DNA from: an uncultured Phycisphaeraceae bacterium
GTDB taxonomy: Bacteria > Planctomycetota > Phycisphaerae > Phycisphaerales > UBA1924
Direction: 5' to 3'
NCBI GenBank assembly: GCA_964529265.1
Contig: CAZGVW010000033.1
Location: 12,454 to 76,453 of the forward strand
Length of the DNA stretch: 64,000 nucleotides
The position numbers and the translations under genes are program-made. The notes beneath the pieces are model-generated. The model was not told the DNA's origin. It searched no databases and saw nothing but the letters and a program-made list of their open reading frames with translations. The number at the start of each line of letters is the position of its first letter. Positions within the stretch are counted from its first letter, which is position 1. Below are positions 5,955-15,677 of this stretch, one piece after another.

Positions 5955-8231
5955 GTGCTGGAGTGGCTGGGCGACATTTCGGCGGTTTCCTCGGCGCTGG
6001 CGACGCACGCGGGTCATGCGCATGACGCGGTGGCGCCGGCGGTGGAAGCCGCGGGGCACGCGGCGGCCCACTCGGCGGAGGGATTGGCGACGGGGCGGAA
6101 ACTGTTCCTGCTCATTCCGGGGCTGCCGGCGCTGTCGGCCGTCTTGTGCGGTCTGTACTGGATGCTGGGGATCAAGTCGAAGCTGCCGGCGTGGACGACG
6201 GTGGCGCTGCTCGCGGCGAGTTTCGCGGTGACGGTGGTTGCCTATCGAGACGTGGCGGCGCCGGGGCACGCGGTGACGCAGATCGTGCACGGATTCCAGT
6301 GGATCAACATGGCGTTCACGGGAGCGGGGGATGAGACGAGCCTCTTCACGGCGAACTTCGGGCTGTACCTCGACGGGCTGACGATCCTGTGGATGCTGTT
6401 CGTGACGGGGCTGGGGACGCTGATTGCGCTGTATGCGAGCGAGTACATGGCGGGGGACGTGGGGCGCGGCTACAGCCGGTTCTTCTTCGCGTTCAGCCTG
6501 TTCGTGCTGGCGATGTCGTGCCTGGTGATGGCGGACAACCTGCTGCTGCTCTTCCTGGGTTGGGAGGGCGTGGGGCTGTGCTCGTACCTGTTGATCGGGT
6601 ACCACTTCAGGAAGCCATCGGCGGTGGCGGCGGCGAAGAAGGCGTTCATCATGAACCGGATCGGGGACCTGGGTCTCTCGATCGGGATCATGCTGACGTT
6701 CGTCGAGTTCGGGTCGCTGGAATACGCGGAGATCTTCGCGAAGGTGGAGGCGCTGAAGGCGGCGGGGGGCGAACTGCCGTGGACGGTGACGGCGATTCCG
6801 CTGCTGCTGACGGTGGGGGCGTTCGGGAAGAGCGCGCAGTTGCCGCTGTTCACGTGGCTTCCGGACGCGATGGAGGGCCCGACGCCGGTATCGGCGCTCA
6901 TTCACGCGGCGACGATGGTGACGGCGGGCGTGTACCTGGTGGCGCGGGCGTATCCGCTGTTCCTGCTGAATCCGGTGTCATTGGACATCGTGGCGTGGGT
7001 GGGTGCGCTGACGGCGCTGCTCGCGGCGACGATCGGGATGGCGCAGCACGACATCAAGCGGATCATGGCGTATTCGACGGTGTCGCAGCTGGGCTACATG
7101 TTCGTGGGGCTGGGTGTGCTGACGAGCGTGGGCGCGGCGTTTCACGTGTTCACGCACGCGTTCTTCAAGGCGACGCTGTTCCTCTGCTGCGGCGCGGTGA
7201 TGCACGGGTTCGCGGGGCAGCTGGACCTGCGGAAGCTGTCGGGCGTGATGAAGATCCCCGGGTGGCGGGTGACGGGGCTGGCGATGCTCGTCGGCTGCCT
7301 GAACCTGGCGGGGTTCCCGTTCAGCGCGGGGTTCTTCTCGAAGGACATGATCCTGGCAGAGGCGTTCGCGAAGCCGGGGTACATGGCGATCGGGCTGATT
7401 GCGCTGTTCACGGCGGGGCTGACGGCCTATTACACGTTCCGGGTGTTCTTCCGCGTGTTCGTGGGGCCGGTGCAGTATGAGCCGGGCGATGAAGTGCACG
7501 GGCATGACGATGGTCATGGGCATGGGCATGGGGATGGGAAGGCGAGTGGGCACGGACATGCGCCGAGTCACGGCGCCCCGGGAAGATTCCATCCGCACGC
7601 GCCGGGTTGGGCGATCAACACGGTGCTGACGCTGCTGGCGGTGGGTTCGCTGGCGGCGGCGGGGGTGTACTTCATCGATACGGAGCACCACGGCTGGGTG
7701 GGCCGGATGGTGCATGAATCGACGGCGGCGCTGCCGCATGATGCGGCGGTTTCGGCGGCGGATGCGCATGAACCCGCGGGGGCGGACGCTGCGCATGCGG
7801 CGGAAGCACACGCCTCGTTCTTCGGGCTGGGCGATCCGCACGAGGTGATGTACTACGTGTCGGGCGTGATCGGGCTGCTGGGGATCGGCGCGGCGTTCCT
7901 GCTGCATTATGCGGGGCGGAAGGATGCGGCGCACGCGAAGGCGGATGCGCTGAAGGCTCGGATGGGGTGGATCGGGCGGGCGGCGGAGCGGAAGTGGTAC
8001 GTGGATGAGATCTACGACTACGTGTTCCGGATTCCGCTGCTGGTGCTGAGCAACGTGTTCTACCTGTTCGACAAGCTGGTGATCGACGGGCTGGTGGACC
8101 TGTTCGGCATGGCGCCGCGGGGCGTGGGGGGCGGAGTGCGGCCGACGCAGAACGGGATGCTGCAGACGTACGCCGTGGGCATGGCGGCGGGGCTGGCGTT
8201 CATTCTCATCGTGGTGTGGGTGGCGCTGTGA
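5955..8231 (+). CDS. nuoL: NADH-quinone oxidoreductase subunit L, with a His-rich insertion
   Basis: Antiporter-like motifs FLGWEGVGLCSYLLIGY, WLPDAMEGPTPVSALIHAATMVTAGVYL and AYSTVSQLGYM are present. The gene starts with GTG. Confidence 0.95.
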   Translation: MLEWLGDISAVSSALATHAGHAHDAVAPAVEAAGHAAAHSAEGLATGRKLFLLIPGLPALSAVLCGLYWMLGIKSKLPAWTTVALLAASFAVTVVAYRDVAAPGHAVTQIVHGFQWINMAFTGAGDETSLFTANFGLYLDGLTILWMLFVTGLGTLIALYASEYMAGDVGRGYSRFFFAFSLFVLAMSCLVMADNLLLLFLGWEGVGLCSYLLIGYHFRKPSAVAAAKKAFIMNRIGDLGLSIGIMLTFVEFGSLEYAEIFAKVEALKAAGGELPWTVTAIPLLLTVGAFGKSAQLPLFTWLPDAMEGPTPVSALIHAATMVTAGVYLVARAYPLFLLNPVSLDIVAWVGALTALLAATIGMAQHDIKRIMAYSTVSQLGYMFVGLGVLTSVGAAFHVFTHAFFKATLFLCCGAVMHGFAGQLDLRKLSGVMKIPGWRVTGLAMLVGCLNLAGFPFSAGFFSKDMILAEAFAKPGYMAIGLIALFTAGLTAYYTFRVFFRVFVGPVQYEPGDEVHGHDDGHGHGHGDGKASGHGHAPSHGAPGRFHPHAPGWAINTVLTLLAVGSLAAAGVYFIDTEHHGWVGRMVHESTAALPHDAAVSAADAHEPAGADAAHAAEAHASFFGLGDPHEVMYYVSGVIGLLGIGAAFLLHYAGRKDAAHAKADALKARMGWIGRAAERKWYVDEIYDYVFRIPLLVLSNVFYLFDKLVIDGLVDLFGMAPRGVGGGVRPTQNGMLQTYAVGMAAGLAFILIVVWVAL

Positions 8232-9913
8232 TGCTTCTTGCGCTCATCGTGATCCCGCTGGTCGGCGCGCTGGTCGTCGCGATGAGCCCTGCGCGGCAGG
8301 CGAAGTGGCTGGGGCTGTGGTGGTCGCTCATTGCGCTGGGCGCGGCGGCGTTCGCGGCGATGCAGTTCAGGTGGCTGCCGGGCGAGGGCGCGGATGCGCG
8401 GCAATCGGGCGTGTTCGCGGTGCCGCCCTTCCAGTTCCAGGGCGAGTGGACGTGGATCGATTCGCTGGGGATCAGGCTGAGCGTGGGGGTGGACAGCGTT
8501 TCGATGCTGCTCATCCTGCTCACGGCGCTGCTGGGCCCGATCTGCATGGCGGGGTCGTTCTCGGGGATCACGGAGCGGCGGAAGCTGTATTACGGATCGC
8601 TGCTCGTGCTCCAGGCGGCGATGACGGGCGTGTTCGCGTCGCGGGACCTGATCCTGTTCTACCTGTGCTTCGAGTTCACGCTGGCGCCGATGTTCCTGCT
8701 CATCAGCCAGTGGGGCGGCTCGAACCGGAAGCGGGCGGGGATCAAGTTCTTCGTGTACACGTTCACGGGCTCGATCCTGACGCTGGCGGGGCTGGTGTAC
8801 GTGGCGTGGCGGACATCGCTGGTGCACGGGCAGTGGACGTTCGAGATCGCGGCGCTCGAGGAGGTGGCGGCGCGGCTGCCGCTGCAGCAGCAGGCGTGGG
8901 TGCTGGCGGCGCTGCTGGCGGGGTTCGCGGTGAAGGTTCCGCTCTTCCCGGTGCACACGTGGCTGCCCTTGGCGCACACGGAGGCGCCGACGGCGGGATC
9001 GGTGATCCTGGCGGGCGTGCTGCTGAAGCTGGGGACGTACGGGCTGTACCGGTTCGCGCTGCCGTTTGCGCCGATGGCGATGATGGAGTGGGCGCCGGCG
9101 ATCGCGGTGGTGGCGATCATCGGGATCATCTACACGGGGCTGATCTGCTGGGTGCAGCGGGACGTGAAGAAGCTGGTGGCGTATTCGTCGGTGAGCCACC
9201 TGGGCTTCTGCGTGCTGGGGCTTGCCGCGCTCAACGGGCTGGGGGCGGGCGGCTCGGTGATGTACATGATCAACCACGGGCTCTCGACCGGGGCGCTCTT
9301 CCTGTGCGTGGGGATGATGTACGAGCGGTACCACACGCGGATGATGGACGAGGTGGGGGGGCTGGCGTCGCGCATGCCGGTGTGGGCGATGTTCATGGTG
9401 TTCTTCACGCTGGCGAGCGTGGGGCTGCCGGGGCTGAACGGGTTTGTCAGCGAGTTTTTGTGCCTGATGGGCGCGTTCCAGTCGGGCGCGGGATTCGGCG
9501 AGGGCTCGACGGGCGGAAGGCTTGGGCCGTGGTACGGAGCCGTCGCGGCGACGGGGATGATCATCTCGGCGATCTACCTGCTGTACATGGTCGGGAAACT
9601 GGTGTTCGGGCCGCTGCGCGAGCCCTCCGGGCATGAGAACGGGCACGCGGGCGCGCACGAGGCGGCGCACGCGCTGCCGGCGGATCTTTCGATGCGGGAG
9701 ATCGCGGTGCTGACGCCGCTGGCGATCGCGTGCCTGTGGCTGGGCGTGTACCCGACGCCGGTGCTGCGATCGCTGGAGCCATCGATTCAGAGGATCGATG
9801 TGATCGTGAATCCTGAGGTGTACGGGGGGCGGACGCTGGCGGCGACGCCGGTTGACGCGGTTTCGGCGGTGGAGGCTCCGGGGATTTCGGGGGGGCGGGA
9901 GGCGGCGCGATGA
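8231..9913 (+). CDS. nuoM: NADH-quinone oxidoreductase subunit M
   Basis: The motifs FPVHTWLPLAHTEAPTAGSVILAGVLLKLGTYG and AYSSVSHLGF are present. The junction with nuoL is a TGATG overlap. Confidence 0.95.
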   Translation: MLLALIVIPLVGALVVAMSPARQAKWLGLWWSLIALGAAAFAAMQFRWLPGEGADARQSGVFAVPPFQFQGEWTWIDSLGIRLSVGVDSVSMLLILLTALLGPICMAGSFSGITERRKLYYGSLLVLQAAMTGVFASRDLILFYLCFEFTLAPMFLLISQWGGSNRKRAGIKFFVYTFTGSILTLAGLVYVAWRTSLVHGQWTFEIAALEEVAARLPLQQQAWVLAALLAGFAVKVPLFPVHTWLPLAHTEAPTAGSVILAGVLLKLGTYGLYRFALPFAPMAMMEWAPAIAVVAIIGIIYTGLICWVQRDVKKLVAYSSVSHLGFCVLGLAALNGLGAGGSVMYMINHGLSTGALFLCVGMMYERYHTRMMDEVGGLASRMPVWAMFMVFFTLASVGLPGLNGFVSEFLCLMGAFQSGAGFGEGSTGGRLGPWYGAVAATGMIISAIYLLYMVGKLVFGPLREPSGHENGHAGAHEAAHALPADLSMREIAVLTPLAIACLWLGVYPTPVLRSLEPSIQRIDVIVNPEVYGGRTLAATPVDAVSAVEAPGISGGREAAR

Positions 9914-11589
9914 GCGAGATCGTGCGCAAACTCGCGGTGCTTCAGCCGGAGATGGCGCTGTTCGCGGCGACGTGCGTGGTGCTGGCGATGGGGTTGTCGC
10001 CGTCGCGGTCGATTCGGAGGCTGTGCGCGCCGTTCACGGCGTTCGGGCTGATTGCGGCGCTGGCGCTGGGGCTGCGGTCGCCGGCGGGGGATCACTCGGC
10101 GGTGGGGGCGGCGCTGCTGCCGTCGTTTCTGCCGTATACGAAGAGCATGATCGCGGGGGTGGGGCTGCTGCTGCTGCCGCTGCTCGCGGGGACGGTGGAC
10201 AGGGGGCTGGAGCGCGAGGCGCAGAAGACGGGCCGGTTCGAGCCGATGCGGGCGACGCGCGGGGAGTTCTACGCGTTCTTCCTGTTCAGCCTGACGGGCG
10301 TGATGCTGTGCGCCACGGCGGACGACCTGATCTGGCTGTTCCTGGCGCTGGAACTGACGAGCCTGCCGACGTACATCATGGTGGCGATGAGCACGGGGCG
10401 GCTGCGCTCGCAGGAAGCGGGGGTGAAGTACTTCTTCCTGGGCGCGCTGGGGGCGGCGATTTTTCTGTACGGCTTCACGCTCATCTACGGCGCCACGGGG
10501 ACGACGAACCTGCCGGAGATCCGGGATTTGATCGCGCGGGCGGGCGGGCTGAACGGCGTGGCGCTGGTGGGGTATCTGTTTGCGATCGTGGGGGTTTCGT
10601 TCAAGATCGCGGCGGCGCCGATGCATTTCTACGCGCCGGACGTGTACCAGGGCGCGGCGTCGCCGGTGACGGCGTACCTGGCGTTTGCGCCGAAGGCGGC
10701 GGGGTTCATCACGCTGATTCCGCTGCTGGCGACGCTGGGCTGGACGCACGGGGACGTGGGCGGGCAGTTGCCGGAAGCGATCCGCGTGACGCTGTGGGTG
10801 ATGGCGGCGGTGACGATGACGGTGGGGAACGCGCTGGCGCTCATGCAGACGAGCGTGAAGCGGATCCTGGCGTATTCGTCGATTGCGCACTCGGGGTACA
10901 TGCTGGTCGGGCTCATCGCGGGGCCGGGGACGAGCGGCACGGCGGCGTCGAACGGTCTTGGCGCGGTGATGTTCTACCTGCTCACGTACGGCGTGATGAA
11001 CGTGGGCGTGTTCGCGGCGATTTCGGCTGTTGAAAAGCGCGCGGCGGGCGCTCGCGGCGCGAATGACGAGCCGGACGAGGTGGATGACATTTCGGAGATC
11101 CGCGGGCTGGCGCGGTCGCACCCGGCGCTCGGGTGGCCGCTGGCGATCTGCGCGCTTTCGCTGGCGGGGTTCCCGCCGCTGCTGGGGTTCTTCGCGAAGC
11201 TGCTGCTGTTCACGTCGGCGTTCGCGGCGGGGGAGATTCTGCTGGTGATCGTGCTGGCGGTGAACTCCGCGGTGGGCGTGGTGTATTACCTTCGGCTGGC
11301 GGCGGCGCCGCTGCTGGAGCGGCGGGACGACCTGACGCCGGCGCCATCGCTGGCGCCGACGCGCGCGAGGCGGCTGGCGGCGGTGGTGTGCGCGGTTGCG
11401 GTGGTGGGGATGGTTGCGGTGGCGCAGCCGCTGATCGTGGCGAGCCACGCGGCGACGGCGGTGCGGCGGCCGTTCACGGCGGGGGTTGCGGTGGAGGATG
11501 CGGCGCAGCCGCGGGATGGGGCGCCGGGGCGCTCCGGGGGCGGGGAATCCGGCGAAGCGGCGCCCGGCGAGCCGCTGGCGGCGAAGTGA
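9910..11589 (+). CDS. nuoN: NADH-quinone oxidoreductase subunit N
   Basis: The motifs FLALELTSLPTYIMV, FKIAAAPMHFYAPDVYQGA and AYSSIAHSGYM are present. The start forms an ATGA overlap with nuoM. Confidence 0.95.
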   Translation: MSEIVRKLAVLQPEMALFAATCVVLAMGLSPSRSIRRLCAPFTAFGLIAALALGLRSPAGDHSAVGAALLPSFLPYTKSMIAGVGLLLLPLLAGTVDRGLEREAQKTGRFEPMRATRGEFYAFFLFSLTGVMLCATADDLIWLFLALELTSLPTYIMVAMSTGRLRSQEAGVKYFFLGALGAAIFLYGFTLIYGATGTTNLPEIRDLIARAGGLNGVALVGYLFAIVGVSFKIAAAPMHFYAPDVYQGAASPVTAYLAFAPKAAGFITLIPLLATLGWTHGDVGGQLPEAIRVTLWVMAAVTMTVGNALALMQTSVKRILAYSSIAHSGYMLVGLIAGPGTSGTAASNGLGAVMFYLLTYGVMNVGVFAAISAVEKRAAGARGANDEPDEVDDISEIRGLARSHPALGWPLAICALSLAGFPPLLGFFAKLLLFTSAFAAGEILLVIVLAVNSAVGVVYYLRLAAAPLLERRDDLTPAPSLAPTRARRLAAVVCAVAVVGMVAVAQPLIVASHAATAVRRPFTAGVAVEDAAQPRDGAPGRSGGGESGEAAPGEPLAAK

Positions 11590-11660
11590 TGGGCGGTTGC
11601 GCGCGAACCGGGCGGGCGGGGCGTGCGAATGACTGCTCGCGACCTTCCGGGAGATGAAGC

Positions 11661-12134
11661 GTGATGAAGAAGCCGCGGGTGTGGGTGTGCATGGGGCTGG
11701 TCGGGGCGGCGATGGCGGTGGCACTTGGGGGATGCGGCGCGTACAAGCTGCAGGGGCGCGTGGTGAAGGGGGATACGACGTACGTGGCGATCGTGGATGG
11801 GGACGATCCGCGGCTGGATGAGGGGGCGGGGCTCTCCGGCGCGGAGATCCGCGTGCAGGCGAACCCGCTGAGGCTGAATCGGAAGGACATCGGGCGCGGG
11901 GTGAGCGACGGGCAGGGGGCGTTTGCGATTGAACTGGATGAGTTCGGCGCGGGGTTCCTGGAGATCGATGCGGGGGTTTCGGCGCGGCGGAAGGGGTATG
12001 AGGCGGCGGAGCATTTCTTCGATCTGCCGGGCTCGGGGAAGCGCGTGCTGATTGTGATGAGCCCGGGCGATCCGGGTCCGGAATGGGCTGAGGACGAGGA
12101 CCTGATGAAGCAGTACGAGCGGTTCCGGGAGTAG
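11661..12134 (+). CDS. Lipoprotein, carboxypeptidase-regulatory-like beta-sandwich (hypothetical)
   Basis: The lipobox is AVALGGC. The rest of the protein looks beta-rich (LQGRVVKGDTTYVAIV...GAEIRV). Confidence 0.6.
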   Translation: MMKKPRVWVCMGLVGAAMAVALGGCGAYKLQGRVVKGDTTYVAIVDGDDPRLDEGAGLSGAEIRVQANPLRLNRKDIGRGVSDGQGAFAIELDEFGAGFLEIDAGVSARRKGYEAAEHFFDLPGSGKRVLIVMSPGDPGPEWAEDEDLMKQYERFRE

Positions 12135-12174
12135 GGTCGCGGGCGCGGCGGGCGATTGACCTACGATTCGGCTC

Positions 12175-13389
12175 ATGCGCAGGCGCGACGATTTTTCGAA
12201 GCCGGTTTCATGGCGGTATCACGTCACGGTGTCGGGCGCGCTGTACGTGGGCGTGACGGCGATGCTGGCGGTGGGAGCGATCAACAGCCAGAACAACCTG
12301 CTGTACATCGCGCTGGGGCTGGCGCTGGGGGCGATTCTGGCTTCGGGCGTGATCAGCGGGGCGATGCTGATGGGCTTGAGGGTGGAGCGGGATGCGCCGG
12401 TGCGTGGGGAGGTGGGCGCGCCGCTGGTGATCCGGTACACGATCAGGAACAAGGGGAGGCTCGCGCCGGCGTTTGCGCTGTGCGTGACGGAGGTGGAGCG
12501 GTGGCGTGGGGATGGCGGAAGGCGCGGGGCGGCCGCGAAGGCTGGGCGCGCGACGTGGGCGGAGCGGATGCCGGCGCCGATGGCGTTTGCAGCGCACGTG
12601 GGGAGGGGGAAGGCGGTCGTCGTTGAGGCGGTGGTGTGCCCGGAGCGGCGGGGGGATGCGACGTTTCGGGCGCTGCGGGTGACGAGCGCGTTTCCGTTCG
12701 GCGTGCTGCGGAAGAGCGTGATATTTGCGCAGGAGCACAGCGCGCTGATCAGGCCGGAGGCGGCGGCGCCGCCGGCGCATGCGCTGCGGCGGGCGCTGTC
12801 GCAATCGGAGCACGGGGCGATGAGCCGGGTGCGCGTGGGGCGGGGGGTTGAGTATCTCGGGGTGCGGGAATACACGCCGGGGGACAGCATGAGGCGGATC
12901 GCGTGGCGGAACAGCGCGCGGACGGGTGAGTTGCTGGTGCGCGAGACGATGTCGCCGGCGTCGAAGCGGGTGTGGATCGGGCTGGAGACGTTGGCGCAGG
13001 GAGGGAAGGCGAAGGGGCGCGCGAAGGCGGGCTCAATCGCGCGGCGGGGCGCGGGGGCGATTGTCGATCCGATGGAAGAGGCGAATGAGCGGGCGATCAG
13101 TCTGGCGGCGGGGTTGATCGTGGAGGCGCAGCGGGCGGGGGTGGAGACGGGGCTCGTGGCGCCGGCGCTGGGGCTGCGGAGGTTGCCGGGGCGGTGGTCG
13201 GCGGCGGCGGCGCTGGATGATCTGGCGCGGTTGGATTGCGCGCGGCGGCGCGAGGGGGAGCGGGAGGCGTTCAATGTGCGGGATTCGGTGGTGGTGGCGC
13301 ATGCGGGGCGGGTGAGCGCGGAGGGGTGGCCGGCGGGGGCGACGCACATCTCGGCGCGGGTTGAGGATGAGAAGGAGGCGGCGCCGTGA
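12175..13389 (+). CDS. DUF58 domain protein (vWA-like; MoxR-operon-type)
   Basis: Two N-terminal TM helices are followed by the DUF58 signature GVREYTPGDSMRRIAWRNSARTGELLVRE. Confidence 0.8.
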   Translation: MRRRDDFSKPVSWRYHVTVSGALYVGVTAMLAVGAINSQNNLLYIALGLALGAILASGVISGAMLMGLRVERDAPVRGEVGAPLVIRYTIRNKGRLAPAFALCVTEVERWRGDGGRRGAAAKAGRATWAERMPAPMAFAAHVGRGKAVVVEAVVCPERRGDATFRALRVTSAFPFGVLRKSVIFAQEHSALIRPEAAAPPAHALRRALSQSEHGAMSRVRVGRGVEYLGVREYTPGDSMRRIAWRNSARTGELLVRETMSPASKRVWIGLETLAQGGKAKGRAKAGSIARRGAGAIVDPMEEANERAISLAAGLIVEAQRAGVETGLVAPALGLRRLPGRWSAAAALDDLARLDCARRREGEREAFNVRDSVVVAHAGRVSAEGWPAGATHISARVEDEKEAAP

Positions 13390-15677
13390 ATGGGGTTGAG
13401 CCGGCGCGGCGCGCCGTCTTCATCACGGTGGGGCTGGGGATTCTCGCCTACTGCGTGGCGGAGGCGAACGTGGGGCTTGCGCTCATTGCGCTGCCGGTGT
13501 GGTTGGTGTCGTGGTTCGTGACGCAGGGGCCGAAGGGGCGGCCGCTGCCGCGGCTGGCGATCTCGGCGCTGGTGCTGGCGGCGACGGCGCATGTGCTGTC
13601 GCGCGTGGTGGCGAGCCCGGGGGACCTGGTGGTCGCGGTGTCGCGGTATCTGGTGTGGCTGCACCTGATCAAGTTGTACGACCGCGTGGAATCGCGGGAT
13701 GAGGGGCAGTTGCTCACGATGAGCGTGTTCCTCGTGATCGGCGCGAGCCTGACGAGCAACTCGCTGTGGCTGGGGCTGGTGCTGGTGGTGTATCTGCCGA
13801 GCCTGCTGTGGGCCTCGCTGCTGCATCAGTTGCGGGCGGGGCGCGAGCGGGCGCGGGCGCCGCTGGAGCAGTTGCGGCCGGCCGACCGGAGGACGCTGGA
13901 GGCGCGCGGGGTTGATGGCGAGCGCGAGGAGGCGTGGCGGGCGGATCGGCGGGATTTGAAGTTGGTGGCGATCGGGGCGGGGGCGGCGACGGCGGCGGTG
14001 GCGGTGGCGGTGTTCATTCTGACGCCGCGGCAGGTGGGGCTGGGCGGGGTGGGCGAGTGGGCGGCGCCGCCGATGGGCGCGGTGACGGGGTTTGCGGACG
14101 AGGTGAGCCTGGGGGCGGATTCGTTTCTGACGGAGTCGGCGACGCCGGTGTTCGATGTGCTGGTGACGGATGAGAACGGGGAGGACGCATCGGAGGCGCT
14201 GGGCGGGACGATTCTGCTGCGCGGGGCGGTGCTGGATACGTATGAGCGCGGGCAGTGGCGGAAGAGCGCGGAATCGGCGGCGCGGCGGGACGAGGGGTGG
14301 GGGCCGGCGGGGCGGCCGATCGCGGTGAGCCAGCCGGCGGCGCGGTGGCCTCGGTATACGCAGCGGATTTCGTTCCGGAGCCATCAGCCGGGGCCGGTGT
14401 TCGCGATGCACAGGCCGATCGAGTTCTCGTCGCGATCGACGACGCGGTTTTCGCGGGATTCCGCGGCGGCGCTGCTGGAGACGGAGGACAGCGGGCGGGT
14501 GGAGTACACGGTGGTGTCGCAGCCGGATGCGCCGCTGCCGGCGCGGCAGGCGGAACAGATCTCGAAGCAGCCGCCGATCTTCCGCGAGGGGCCGGTGCGG
14601 GAGCTGGCGGAGCGGTGGATGTCGGAGGCGGAGTTGGCGCGCGACGAGAGCGTGGACTTCGATCCCGCGGATGAGGCGATTGCGAGGGAGTTCGAGCGGA
14701 GGCTGCAGACGGAGTATGCGTACACGGTGGTGATGACTGCGTCTGCGGCGGCGGAGGATCCGATCGAGATGTTCCTGCTGCGCACGCGGCAGGGGCACTG
14801 CGAGTACTTCGCTTCGGCGCTGGCGGCGCTGTGCCGGAGCGTGGGGATCGATGCGCGGGTGGCGACGGGGTACGTGGCGACGGAGCGCAACGCGGCGACG
14901 GGTGAGTTCACGGTGCGGGAGAGCAATGCGCACGCATGGACCGAGGTGCGCGTGGCGGAAGACGTGTGGCGGACGATGGATCCATCGCCGCCGGAGGATC
15001 TGGCGCGCGAGCACGAGCCGGAACAGGGGCTGCTGGCGACGATGCGTTCGTGGGTGGAGGCGGCGGAGCGGTTCTGGGTGCGGACGGTGGTGACGTATGA
15101 CGACAATCAGCGCGAGGCGCTGCTGGGGACGCGGACGATGGGGCTGGAGCGGGCGGCGGATCGCATGGCGGGGCGTTTCGGGCGCGACGGGATGCGGAAT
15201 GCGGTGGCGCATTGGGGGCGGGCGCTGGGCGCGGGCGCGGCGACGTTTGCGGCGGTTGCGGTGCTCGGGTTGGGCGCGGCGCGCTTGTGGGGCGTGATGG
15301 CGGCGCGGCTGGAACAGCGACGAAGGCGCGCGGCGCTGGAGGCGGCCGATCCGCAGGCGGCGGCGCTGGAGCGGCAATCGGCGTTCTATTCGGATTTCCT
15401 GCGCGAACTCTCGAAGGCGGGGATAGGCAAGCCGCTGTGGAGGCCGCCGATGGATCATGCGCGGAGGCTTGCGCGGCGCGATGCGGCGCTGGGCGCGGCG
15501 TCGGAGCGGCTGGTGGGCGTGTACTACCAGACGCGGTTCGGGCGGGAATCGCTCGCGGCTTCGAGCCGGCGCGAGGCGGAGGCGATGCTGGAAGAGGTGC
15601 GGGCGCGCCTGGCCGCGATGAACGGGAACGGCGACGGACATGACGGCGCGGCGAAGCGGGACGAGGAGGGCGGATGA
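13386..15677 (+). CDS. Transglutaminase-like membrane protein (TgpA family)
   Basis: The N-terminus is multi-TM. The transglutaminase core is RTRQGHCEYFASALAALCRSVGIDARVATGY...NAHAWTEV. The start forms a GTGA overlap with the DUF58 gene. Confidence 0.85.
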   Translation: MNGVEPARRAVFITVGLGILAYCVAEANVGLALIALPVWLVSWFVTQGPKGRPLPRLAISALVLAATAHVLSRVVASPGDLVVAVSRYLVWLHLIKLYDRVESRDEGQLLTMSVFLVIGASLTSNSLWLGLVLVVYLPSLLWASLLHQLRAGRERARAPLEQLRPADRRTLEARGVDGEREEAWRADRRDLKLVAIGAGAATAAVAVAVFILTPRQVGLGGVGEWAAPPMGAVTGFADEVSLGADSFLTESATPVFDVLVTDENGEDASEALGGTILLRGAVLDTYERGQWRKSAESAARRDEGWGPAGRPIAVSQPAARWPRYTQRISFRSHQPGPVFAMHRPIEFSSRSTTRFSRDSAAALLETEDSGRVEYTVVSQPDAPLPARQAEQISKQPPIFREGPVRELAERWMSEAELARDESVDFDPADEAIAREFERRLQTEYAYTVVMTASAAAEDPIEMFLLRTRQGHCEYFASALAALCRSVGIDARVATGYVATERNAATGEFTVRESNAHAWTEVRVAEDVWRTMDPSPPEDLAREHEPEQGLLATMRSWVEAAERFWVRTVVTYDDNQREALLGTRTMGLERAADRMAGRFGRDGMRNAVAHWGRALGAGAATFAAVAVLGLGAARLWGVMAARLEQRRRRAALEAADPQAAALERQSAFYSDFLRELSKAGIGKPLWRPPMDHARRLARRDAALGAASERLVGVYYQTRFGRESLAASSRREAEAMLEEVRARLAAMNGNGDGHDGAAKRDEEGG

